Position numbers and translations under genes: made by a program. Source: a virus (lineage: Duplodnaviria > Caudoviricetes). Taken from it: DNA of 25,500 bases. Shown piece by piece: positions 1-7,747 of this stretch. Position 1 is the stretch's first letter; every line of letters begins with the position of its first letter. The stretch spans positions 1 through 25,500 of IMG/VR virus record IMGVR_UViG_3300049138_000150. The stretch is one strand, 5' to 3'. The notes under the pieces were generated by a model. That model ran no database searches. It saw only the letters and a program-made list of their open reading frames with translations, and had not been told where the DNA came from.

Positions 1-1
1 C

Positions 2-136
2 ACCCATCCGTGGCCTCCCCGTGTCGAACCACCGTGCCCGCCCGCGCCACCCGGCCAGTCCTATTCCGCGTTCGTGTCGGAAGGGTTCGCCGCGGGGAAC
101 ACCGGCCCTCACGCGTCGAGCCTCGGCTGGTACTGA
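2..136 (+). CDS. 3' end of an upstream gene (partial), probably a tail/structural protein
   Basis: Frame 2 is open from the window start to TGA 134-136 (THPWPPRVEPPCPPAPP...SSLGWY). It is followed by AGGAG and the next gene's ATG at 164. Confidence 0.55.
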   Translation, partial: THPWPPRVEPPCPPAPPGQSYSAFVSEGFAAGNTGPHASSLGWY

Positions 137-163
137 CTTCCAGACTTAGGAGTTTGTCACCGC

Positions 164-1162
164 ATGCCCGCATCGTATCCGGCCGCCGTACGCGAATTCA
201 CGATCAAAAGAAATTTGATCGATATTGTTTGGGCCGAGCACATGAATTCGTTGCAGGATGAGACCGTCGCCCTACAGGGGACACTCGGCCTCGTCCCGCA
301 GATCGCCACCAACAATCCCGGCCATCTGGCCCCCGATCACGGCACCGTGGCCGCCCGCATTCAGCACGTGGCACGCGGCGAACAGATCCCCATTTTCCGG
401 GGAAGCACTCGCGAGGCGACCGTCACGCCCAACGGATGGGTCAGGCCTTCACTACGCGCCGACGACGACGCGTTCTCCATGTCCACCGGCACCGGAATCA
501 AACTGTGTGAATCCGGGCTTTGGGCTTTCACGATCAAGGCGGATTGGAAGTCGACCAGCGCCACGGTGCAGCATGAAGCCGTCCGCATGGCCCGCCTGGA
601 AATCGACGGCGTCGATATCGGCGTGCGTCACGTCATACAAGAGCAGCCGTACAACAGGTACGCGATGCACAACACGGTGACGTGGATCGACACTTACGCC
701 GAGGACACCGTTGTGTCCATGGGCGTGCGCACGGACTGCGGCGGAAATCCGGGCCCACTCATCTACAACGCCTATATGCGGGCGCACCTGGTGCGATGTC
801 ACCCAGAGGGGGAGGGTGGTTCCCTCCCTTTTGACGACATTCCGGATGTCAAACCACCTCCCGATGTGGTGGTCAGGCCCCCGGCTAGCAATCTGAAGTA
901 CACGGTCATCGTCACGCTCACCTGGATCGAGGGGTCTCATGACTATGGGACGGGAGTCGGTTCAGGTCCGCCTGGCGCCTCAGCTCACTACGAGATCATC
1001 GACAGCACACATCCCAAGTACAACTCGTCGCCATACCCGAAGTTCAACAGCTTGGGGGAAGCCCGATCGTACATCCAATCGCAGCAGGGCTACGGCTCCT
1101 GGGGCAACAGTTCTTACTCGTCCAGCCCTCCTGTGACGGGCACCAAATTCGATCCTTGGTGA
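164..1162 (+). CDS. Phage minor tail/structural protein
   Basis: AGGAG RBS upstream. The N-terminus MPASYPAAVREFTIKRNLIDIVWAEHMNSLQDETVALQGTLG resembles actinophage tail-associated proteins, and the gene lies in a tail cluster. Confidence 0.7.
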   Translation: MPASYPAAVREFTIKRNLIDIVWAEHMNSLQDETVALQGTLGLVPQIATNNPGHLAPDHGTVAARIQHVARGEQIPIFRGSTREATVTPNGWVRPSLRADDDAFSMSTGTGIKLCESGLWAFTIKADWKSTSATVQHEAVRMARLEIDGVDIGVRHVIQEQPYNRYAMHNTVTWIDTYAEDTVVSMGVRTDCGGNPGPLIYNAYMRAHLVRCHPEGEGGSLPFDDIPDVKPPPDVVVRPPASNLKYTVIVTLTWIEGSHDYGTGVGSGPPGASAHYEIIDSTHPKYNSSPYPKFNSLGEARSYIQSQQGYGSWGNSSYSSSPPVTGTKFDPW

Positions 1163-1196
1163 TCTACCTAACGTACGGAATCGCGGCAGGCACCTT

Positions 1197-3191
1197 TTGG
1201 CAATCTACCTAACGCATAAATACGGCGAGCGTTTTTACGGCCCCGAGCCCGCTCTGCCGAGTTTTGACGCGGAAAGATTCATCTCCTATTCCAGCGACTA
1301 TCGGACGGTCCGCCTGACGTGGGAGCCGCCCGTCGGCGTCTTCGACCGTTTCCGCCTGGTCAAGGGCCTGTACGGATTGCCCCAGTCGGAAATCGACGGC
1401 GAAGTGCTCATCGACGCCGAGGTGCCCGACGTCGGCTACGCCGACACCGATGTCGAGCCGGGACACTTCTACTACTACGGCGTCTTCTTGAAGATCGGCG
1501 GCGTGTGGACACCGGCCGGCTACTCTTCCTGCCTGCACATCGTGGACCTCGGCTCCACCCAGTGGCTGTGGACCCGCCTGCCCAACCACTACCGACTGCT
1601 GCGCGGCAACCACCTGACCCTTGAGGCGGACGAGAACCTCGCCCTGCTGCGCTACATGGCCGTGATCGGCTGGGGTCTGGACCGGGTGCGTACCGGCATC
1701 CGGGCGTCATGGTCAGCGGCCGACGTCGAGACCACGCACGAGACCCTCGTCGACCTGATCACCGAACAGCTCGGCCTACCCACCTACCCCGGCCTTACCG
1801 GGCTGCGCCGCCGCGCCATCGCCCGTGACGGCGTGGCTCTGGCCGCCAGCAAGGGCACCACCCAATCCTTGGAGGCGATCATGCGCACGGCGTCCGGGTG
1901 GGACGTCGTGGTCCGGCCAGGACGCAACATGCTTGGCAGCTATGACCGCTCCCGTATGCACAACCCGTTGCCGGCCGAGTGGGACGCCTCCATCCACTAC
2001 GCCGTCGGCCGCCGCGTCTACTTCTACGGTGTCTCCTACATCTGCATCTCCCCCGCATACAGCTACGACCAGATGCCCGACGGCGAGGGTTTCCCCAACA
2101 CGTGGTGGGAGCGGCTGAGCCGCATCGAGGCCGACACCGTCGCCTATGACTCGGCCACCGCCAGTCAGCACGGCTGGCAGGGCATGAGTCACACGGTCGG
2201 CCAGCCGGACACCAAGGTCCAGACGCGGCTGGCTCTGGGTATCCCGAGCGTCGGCGACACGGTGATCGACACCAACGCCGTCACCGTGCACAACACGCAC
2301 GTCAGCGCGCTCGACGCCGGGGTGCGGCTGCTGCCCGTGGCGCAGGACCTGCCCACGCCCGACCCGCTGACCGTCATCACCAACGCCGTCCCGCTGCCCA
2401 TGGCCGCGGAGTGGGACATCGAGAGCACCTACCGCTACGGCGCGGTCGTGTCCTGGCGTGGCCGCACGTGGCGAGCCGTCCGTCCGCCGCTGGTCGGCCA
2501 GCCGCCGCATCTGGACGTGGAGCGCTGGGAGCCCGTCAACACCGATAACCGGCTGCGGCTGTGCCTGTCGGCCTACACCCACCAGCCACATACCGACCCT
2601 GCCAAGGCCTCGGTGCCGGTCCGGGTCTACATGGAGTTCTACGACGATCGGGGCCGGCTGATCAGCCGGGAGTTCGGCAACGCGACCGACAGCCGGGTGC
2701 TCGACACGTTCACCGTCCATGGAGACGACGCCATCGCGGCGCTGGGCGGCAGGGTCACCGAGTACGGCGCCAAGACATGGGTCGATCGGGTGCCCGGCTT
2801 CGTCCGCGACTCCTACACCTTCGGCAGCGTCCGACCCACAGCGGTGTCCACCCGAGCCCTGTCGACCGTCTCCTACGCCTCGGCCAACGCCACGGTGTCC
2901 GCCACCTTCGCCACCGCCCCAGCGGCCGGCCAGGTACAGGCGCTCATCCTGCGCTACGTCTCCGACACCTCCTACCTCCGCGCCACCAGAACCGCCCTGC
3001 AAACCGTCGACGGCGGCGTGATCAGCACGCTGGTCACCTACAGCACGCCGATCGGTGACGGCGACCGGCTCACCGTCACCGCCAACGGCAACAACTACGC
3101 CGTCAAACGCAACAACACCCAGGTCGCGACCACGACGAGCGCGTTCAACGCCAGCTCGACCGTTTTCGGCCTCGCCGTGGAGGCCTCGTGA
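1197..3191 (+). CDS. Baseplate wedge/tail protein (P2 gpI-like core) with two CBM5/12-like carbohydrate-binding modules
   Basis: 664 aa, TTG start. WLWTRLPNHYR...LLRYMAVIG...EQLGL...KGTTQSLE resembles tail protein I/baseplate wedge. Two AEWD..xY..G..V...G..(Y/W) modules at about 1974-2120 and 2406-2535. Confidence 0.75.
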   Translation: MAIYLTHKYGERFYGPEPALPSFDAERFISYSSDYRTVRLTWEPPVGVFDRFRLVKGLYGLPQSEIDGEVLIDAEVPDVGYADTDVEPGHFYYYGVFLKIGGVWTPAGYSSCLHIVDLGSTQWLWTRLPNHYRLLRGNHLTLEADENLALLRYMAVIGWGLDRVRTGIRASWSAADVETTHETLVDLITEQLGLPTYPGLTGLRRRAIARDGVALAASKGTTQSLEAIMRTASGWDVVVRPGRNMLGSYDRSRMHNPLPAEWDASIHYAVGRRVYFYGVSYICISPAYSYDQMPDGEGFPNTWWERLSRIEADTVAYDSATASQHGWQGMSHTVGQPDTKVQTRLALGIPSVGDTVIDTNAVTVHNTHVSALDAGVRLLPVAQDLPTPDPLTVITNAVPLPMAAEWDIESTYRYGAVVSWRGRTWRAVRPPLVGQPPHLDVERWEPVNTDNRLRLCLSAYTHQPHTDPAKASVPVRVYMEFYDDRGRLISREFGNATDSRVLDTFTVHGDDAIAALGGRVTEYGAKTWVDRVPGFVRDSYTFGSVRPTAVSTRALSTVSYASANATVSATFATAPAAGQVQALILRYVSDTSYLRATRTALQTVDGGVISTLVTYSTPIGDGDRLTVTANGNNYAVKRNNTQVATTTSAFNASSTVFGLAVEAS

Positions 3192-5449
3192 CCCTGTACA
3201 GCAACTTCCTGCCCAACCCCTCCGTCGAGACCACCACCACCGGCTGGGTCGCCGACGGCGGCACCCCCACCCGCGGCAGCACCCACAAGCAGGTCGGCAC
3301 CTACGGACTGTCGATCGCCGCCACGACAACCCAGACGCAGACCAAGGGCGTCAAGACCACCGTCACGATCGACCCTGGTGGCCCCTACACCCTGTCGGGC
3401 TACCTGCTCTCACGCAGCACCGCCTACGGCGCCACCTACTGTCGCGGCGTCGTCGTCAAGGTCTACGATCTGCTGCCCGGCGAGCTCGACGCCGCCAAGC
3501 AGCAGATCGGCACGGGCACCTTCACCGCCACCGGTCGATGGGCGGTGCGCAACATGACTCCGCGGGCCACCGCCGACCGGCTGGTGATCACCCTGCACAC
3601 CGGCAACTCCTACTTTGCGGCGGGCTTCTACACCGTCACCGGCCCCTTCACCCGGCAATTCCGTTCCTCCCAGTACGGTGGCTCGTACCAAGCGGAGTCG
3701 GCGGCCAACGACTTCGCCGGAAGCAAGTACAACGCCACGGTCCGCTCGGAACTCCTGCCGGATGGTGGGTGGGGCGACCTGACGTACATCGTCGACTACT
3801 ACAACCGGACCTGGAATCCCGCGGTCGACGGCGGATCGGCCACCGTGTGGGTGGACGCCCTCCAGCTTGAGAAGATCGCTACCGAGACCGCCTACAATGA
3901 CGGCGACGTAGCCGGCTACACCTGGTCTGGCACCCCTCATGCCTCCCCCACGCTCGGCCTGTCCGAGGGCGAGGCGAGCGCTACCGCCATCTCGACAGGC
4001 ACGATAATCTTCGGCCTGATCCTGCCCTTGCAGGCCGACGCCGAAGCCGTCAGCACCGGCACGATCGAGGGCACCGAGGTCAGCGTCGGCGCCGCCGCCG
4101 AAGCGGTCAGCGTGGGCATGCTAGCGGTTTGGAACTACGGTCCGGCCTCGGCCACCGGCTCAGCCCTCAGCCTCGGCGAGATCGTGATCGCGGCGCTGGT
4201 GCCCTTGGAGATCAGCGGCAGCGCCACCTCCGCCGGCACGCTCGCCTCACGCATCGCCGTCCCCTCTACCTCCATCGCCCTGGCCGTCAGTGTGGGCACC
4301 TTGGAGATCGGTCTGCCTCCCGACATGGAGGCGCACGGGACCGCCTCGTCCGTGGGCACCGCGATGATGGCCATCGCCGGCGTCCTGGAAGCGCACGGGA
4401 CCGCCGAATCCGTCGGTCTGATCGAAATCGGCCAGGCCGTGCCTGTGGGTGCCTTCCTCGACTTCGCCATCTCCGGCGTGCTGGAGACCGATCCAAGGCT
4501 GAGCATCACCGCCCACTCCAACGGCGGCATCCTCACCGGAGCCAGCGGAGCCGAATGGGTGCGCGTCCACGGCGAGTTCGTCGCGCCCGATCAGGTGGAC
4601 GGATCCGACACCACACTGTGGCGGCGAGCCGCCTACGCCGTCCCCGGCCTGATGTTCACCGGCCTGCCCGCCGGCTCGTGGCAGGAGGTCACCCGAGTGC
4701 AACTGGAGTTGGCGCGAGGCGGCGGTGGCCCGACCCCGTACACCGACGGCGCGTCGATCCGCACCCTGGTCTACCCCGACCGGCTCAACCAGGCCCCGGT
4801 CGACATCGTCATCGTCAACGTCACCGATGCGACCGCCACCACCGCCACCGAGATCACCTCACCCATCACCGATGACACCGCGCCGGCCCTGCGTGTCGAT
4901 CTGGCACCGGAGACGTCCTACCAGGTGTATACGACGCTGGACCTGCTGAAGCCGCACGCCGCCTACACAGTGTCGACGTACCTGCTGCCCAGCGCCGGCA
5001 TCACCGAGGCCGCCTTCTACATCCGCGATGGCGCCACCTCCGCAGTGGAGCTCGCTCCCCCGATGACCTACTCAGGCGGCGAGCCCGCACCTGAGTTGGG
5101 TGGCGCATGGCGGCGCATCACCTCCACCTTCATCGCCCCCATCGGAGGTAGCGCCGTCTTGACGTTCAACTGGACCACCGTCGACCCGCAGGAGGAGACG
5201 GAATCCTTCACCGTCGCCGGCTTCGTGCTCGAAGCCGGCGCGTCCGCGCGCCCCTATTTCTTCAACGCCGAAGACGACCCGGAGATCCGTTACCGGCAAG
5301 GACATCTCGACCACGCGGGCGGCGTCTTCCATTACGAAGATTCAGCCCGGAAGATCTACATTTTGAATGAGGCACTGAAGGATCACGTGCCTGCGGGCAT
5401 TGGCATCAACCCCCCGGAATTCGGCCTGATCCCGCATTACGACAGCTAA
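3188..5449 (+). CDS. Minor tail/tail fibre protein with beta-sandwich domains and internal ~20-aa repeats
   Basis: 753 aa, GTGA overlap with the previous gene. NFLPNPSVE...GW and VWVDALQLE...YNDGD...W.GTPHAS motifs are typical of actinophage tail proteins. Confidence 0.75.
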   Translation: MTLYSNFLPNPSVETTTTGWVADGGTPTRGSTHKQVGTYGLSIAATTTQTQTKGVKTTVTIDPGGPYTLSGYLLSRSTAYGATYCRGVVVKVYDLLPGELDAAKQQIGTGTFTATGRWAVRNMTPRATADRLVITLHTGNSYFAAGFYTVTGPFTRQFRSSQYGGSYQAESAANDFAGSKYNATVRSELLPDGGWGDLTYIVDYYNRTWNPAVDGGSATVWVDALQLEKIATETAYNDGDVAGYTWSGTPHASPTLGLSEGEASATAISTGTIIFGLILPLQADAEAVSTGTIEGTEVSVGAAAEAVSVGMLAVWNYGPASATGSALSLGEIVIAALVPLEISGSATSAGTLASRIAVPSTSIALAVSVGTLEIGLPPDMEAHGTASSVGTAMMAIAGVLEAHGTAESVGLIEIGQAVPVGAFLDFAISGVLETDPRLSITAHSNGGILTGASGAEWVRVHGEFVAPDQVDGSDTTLWRRAAYAVPGLMFTGLPAGSWQEVTRVQLELARGGGGPTPYTDGASIRTLVYPDRLNQAPVDIVIVNVTDATATTATEITSPITDDTAPALRVDLAPETSYQVYTTLDLLKPHAAYTVSTYLLPSAGITEAAFYIRDGATSAVELAPPMTYSGGEPAPELGGAWRRITSTFIAPIGGSAVLTFNWTTVDPQEETESFTVAGFVLEAGASARPYFFNAEDDPEIRYRQGHLDHAGGVFHYEDSARKIYILNEALKDHVPAGIGINPPEFGLIPHYDS
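3970..4440 (+). repeat. About 8 degenerate ~19-20-aa coding repeats (A.(A/G).A.S.G.(I/L/M))
   Basis: ASATAISTGTI, ADAEAVSTGTI, AAAEAVSVGML, ATGSALSLGEI, ISGSATSAGTL, SIALAVSVGTL, AHGTASSVGTA, AHGTAESVGLI. Confidence 0.75.
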
Positions 5450-5458
5450 AGGAATCGT

Positions 5459-5782
5459 ATGTATCAGATTCAGGTTCTGACCCTTGCGGTCAGCACTCTC
5501 CTGCCCATTCTTGTCGGCCTCGTCACCAAGGCTTCATGGGGTGGCGGAGTTCGAGCCGTCGTGCTGGCGGCGCTGTCGGCCGTGGCCGGTGTCGGCTCTT
5601 CGGCGCTGGACGCCGCGAACGCCGACGCCGCTTGGGATTGGAAGATGGCAGTCATCACGGCGATCAACGCCTGGCTCATCGCCGTCGCATCGCATTTCGG
5701 CCTCTGGAAGGCCACCGGTGTCTCCACCTGGGCGAAGAACACCATGATCAAGGACAAGTCGAAGTTTGATCTCGCTGCCTGA
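5459..5782 (+). CDS. Holin-like membrane protein
   Basis: 107 aa, AAGGA RBS, three hydrophobic segments (LPILVGLVTK...), charged C-terminus, located at the end of the tail module. Confidence 0.7.
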   Translation: MYQIQVLTLAVSTLLPILVGLVTKASWGGGVRAVVLAALSAVAGVGSSALDAANADAAWDWKMAVITAINAWLIAVASHFGLWKATGVSTWAKNTMIKDKSKFDLAA

Positions 5783-6005
5783 AATCGGCCACCTCCTGCA
5801 GTCCGCGCTCATCACGTGGATCATCTGGGAGACCATCCACGGATTCGTAGGCCGGTGGATCAAGCCCGAATACCAACTCGGCCCGGTCTCTCTCATCGCC
5901 TTGGGCGTCACACTGACGCCGTGGCCGATCCCCAGAGCAGTTTTCACGGTGGTCGCACTCGTGGCGCTCCTGCATTACTTCCTCAGCAAGACTTCTCGAC
6001 GATAA
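5766..6005 (+). CDS. Small membrane protein (lysis-cassette associated?)
   Basis: 79 aa, TTG start overlapping the holin stop by 17 nt, 2-3 hydrophobic stretches, basic C-terminus, ends just before a terminator. Confidence 0.55.
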   Translation: MISLPEIGHLLQSALITWIIWETIHGFVGRWIKPEYQLGPVSLIALGVTLTPWPIPRAVFTVVALVALLHYFLSKTSRR

Positions 6006-6007
6006 AA

Positions 6008-6068
6008 AGAAAGACCCCCTTGCGGTCACCTAGGGACTCAACGTCCGGGCTCCTACGGGGGTCTTTCT
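6008..6068. terminator. Probable bidirectional terminator between convergent units
   Basis: Perfect 12-bp IR AGAAAGACCCCC (6008-6019) / GGGGGTCTTTCT (6057-6068). A-run on the left gives a U-tract on the minus strand. The 37-nt loop contains a GGAC/GTCC mini-hairpin. Confidence 0.7.
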
Positions 6069-6112
6069 CGAAGCGGCGCACGCAAGGCGCTGTCCACCGG
6101 TCAGGACCGGAG

Positions 6113-6187
6113 TACCTGCGGCAGGATTCGAACCTGCAAACCAGGACTTTTGAGGTCCCGAGCTTTACCAGTTAGCGTTACGCAGGC
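6113..6187 (-). tRNA. tRNA-Leu (CAA), short variable loop, CCA not encoded
   Basis: Acceptor GCCTGCG/CGCAGGT, anticodon arm GGGAC-CTCAAAA-GTCCT, T arm GCAGG-TTCGAAT-CCTGC, discriminator A. Confidence 0.9.
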
Positions 6188-6194
6188 CCTGGAC

Positions 6195-6386
6195 TCATTT
6201 CCAGGCTAACTCATATTCTGTGCGCAGTTCTCGGGCGAATTCGCGTTGTTCCACACGCTTACGCCAGCGTGTGCCACTGTCGCCGCCGCTGCAGTCGACG
6301 GCTGTCCGGCGCTTGGATCGCCGCCAGCCCTGCCGTGTACCGGGGCAGCATCCAGGCGTCTGGTAGCGGCCGAGCATGCGAGCCAT
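6195..6386 (-). CDS. Small basic Cys/Arg-rich hypothetical protein
   Basis: 63 aa (MARMLGRYQTPGCC...), purine-rich GAAGAGAGA before the ATG, fits the gap between the 359-aa ORF and the tRNA. Confidence 0.6.
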   Translation of the reverse strand: MARMLGRYQTPGCCPGTRQGWRRSKRRTAVDCSGGDSGTRWRKRVEQREFARELRTEYELAWK

Positions 6387-6409
6387 CGTCTCTCTTCAAG
6401 AGAGCAGAT

Positions 6410-7489
6410 CTAGAGCAGACTCGCGGGTACGAGATCCCGCTCCACTGACCGGCGAACCCAGCCGGCTCGTGGCCTGCCCTTGGCGATGACGACCTCATCG
6501 AGACCTGGCTGAAAGCCCTTCTCGACGGCCTTGACGCCCTCCTTCGACAGGAACACCGAGACCTGGCCGTCGGCCGTCCTGCTGCGCCCCTTACGAGCCA
6601 CGGGCTTGGTCTCGGCGGGAGGTGTGACGACCGTGACCCGAAGGGAGGCGTTCTCCGTCGCAGCCGCCACGACCGCGTCCAGGCCCTCGTCACGCAGCCG
6701 GCTCTGCCAGTAGAGGATCGCCTGCAAGAGCGATGACTCACACGGCGCGTCGAACAGCGCTTCGTAGCGTTTGATCGAGGACTGCGCCAGGATCTCGCAC
6801 TTCTTGAGGGTGGACATGAGCCCGAACGGCTGCGCCGGCTCCTCGCCGACGGCGATGGCTTGGGCCTCGTCCGCAACCCCAAAGGATTCCTTTGGGGTTG
6901 GCTTCTCGTCCGGTTCGGCAACTGTTTCCGAATTGGAAACAGTTGGGTCGTTGTCCTCGTCCTCGGGTCCGGCCCAGGGCTGCAGCCCGCGAGCGGAGAT
7001 CTCCAGGATCGGGATGCCGGCCGTGGTGGCGGCGGTCAGGAGCTGGCCGGTGAACACATCTGGCGGATCGAACGTCTCCCCCCAAGCCACGATCAGGTAC
7101 GGGGTGCGCTGCTCGTCGCGGTTGTCCTCCTCCAGCGCCATGATCAGCGTGCCCGCCACGTCGGCGCCCGACTCCTCCGCGCTGATCGTGAACTGCCCCT
7201 CACCTTGCGGGAAGACGATCTGCTGGTAGGCCTGCTCGACCGTGACGACGACGGAGTTGCCGGGCCTGCCGTCCATCTGGGCCCAGTCCGCAGCGGCGGA
7301 TACGGCGTTGGAGAGGTACTTCTTGTCACCCGGCAGCCATACCCGCACCTCGGCCTGGTCGGGGGTGCCGAAGCGGATCCAGTCGTCCATCAGGTCGGCC
7401 AGGTGGGCGGCCGTGATCTTGCCGCCGCCCGCGATGACGACGCTGAGGGGGGTGCCCAGAGGGGCAGCGAAATCCGCTGGAGAGTTCAT
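6410..7489 (-). CDS. Hypothetical protein (alpha/beta N-domain, acidic linker, basic C-terminus)
   Basis: Long ORF with GC-rich third positions. ATG 7489 (MNSPADF) has AAGGG upstream. LSVVIAGGG near the N-terminus and a KGRPR motif near the C-terminus. Confidence 0.75.
   Translation of the reverse strand: MNSPADFAAPLGTPLSVVIAGGGKITAAHLADLMDDWIRFGTPDQAEVRVWLPGDKKYLSNAVSAAADWAQMDGRPGNSVVVTVEQAYQQIVFPQGEGQFTISAEESGADVAGTLIMALEEDNRDEQRTPYLIVAWGETFDPPDVFTGQLLTAATTAGIPILEISARGLQPWAGPEDEDNDPTVSNSETVAEPDEKPTPKESFGVADEAQAIAVGEEPAQPFGLMSTLKKCEILAQSSIKRYEALFDAPCESSLLQAILYWQSRLRDEGLDAVVAAATENASLRVTVVTPPAETKPVARKGRSRTADGQVSVFLSKEGVKAVEKGFQPGLDEVVIAKGRPRAGWVRRSVERDLVPASLL
6874..6945. repeat. Two tandem 27-bp palindromes, CAAC-N19-GTTG
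   Basis: 6874-6900 CAACCCCAAAGGA-T-TCCTTTGGGGTTG (perfect 13+1+13). 6919-6945 CAACTGTTTCC-GAATT-GGAAACAGTTG (11+5+11). Confidence 0.95.
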
Positions 7490-7668
7490 GATTCGCCCTT
7501 GAAAGTTTTTCCGCATGGGGAAACTAAAAGAATGAGAGTGGAGGGGCTCGGCGGGACGTGTCCGAGTCGCCGACCGCCGAGCCCAGGCCCCCGCGAGCGC
7601 ATCACTCTGCTGCTCTTGGGGGCACGCCGCCCGCTGCTGGAGATGCTCAGCGGCGGCTCATGTCCCAG

Positions 7669-7696
7669 ACTCTACCGGAGTTTTGGTACCTTTCAA
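7669..7696 (-). promoter_or_regulatory. Putative leftward sigma70-type promoter
   Basis: Minus strand TTGAAA-16nt-TAGAGT, overlapped by an 8-bp IR GTTTTGGT (7680-7687) / ACCAAAAC (7702-7709). Confidence 0.5.
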
Positions 7697-7747
7697 CCCT
7701 GACCAAAACGTGGTCCGAAACCCTTGAAGACCCCTCCGGAGCCTCAC

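Noticed and set aside
201-221. Palindrome CGATCAAA-AGAAA-TTTGATCG in the first tail gene
   Set aside because: Single 8-bp-arm inverted repeat with no related copies; compatible with chance.
940-1162. Diversity-generating retroelement variable region in the tail gene C-terminus
   Set aside because: No template repeat or reverse transcriptase seen in the window.
1776-3329. 517-aa minus-strand ORF and many similar long antisense or alternate-frame ORFs (e.g. 11664-12890, 15659-16915)
   Set aside because: Shadow ORFs expected in high-GC DNA. They overlap well-supported genes and have Arg/Gly/Pro-rich low-complexity translations.
6113-6187. tRNAs as prophage attachment sites
   Set aside because: Phage-type genes flank both tRNAs, and no duplicated tRNA 3' end or integrase was seen.
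6874-6945. Twin palindromes as a CRISPR array, integron attC sites or terminators
   Set aside because: Only two units with different interiors and no cas genes; far shorter than attC sites despite AAC/GTT ends; no U-tracts and a loop too small for a typical terminator.
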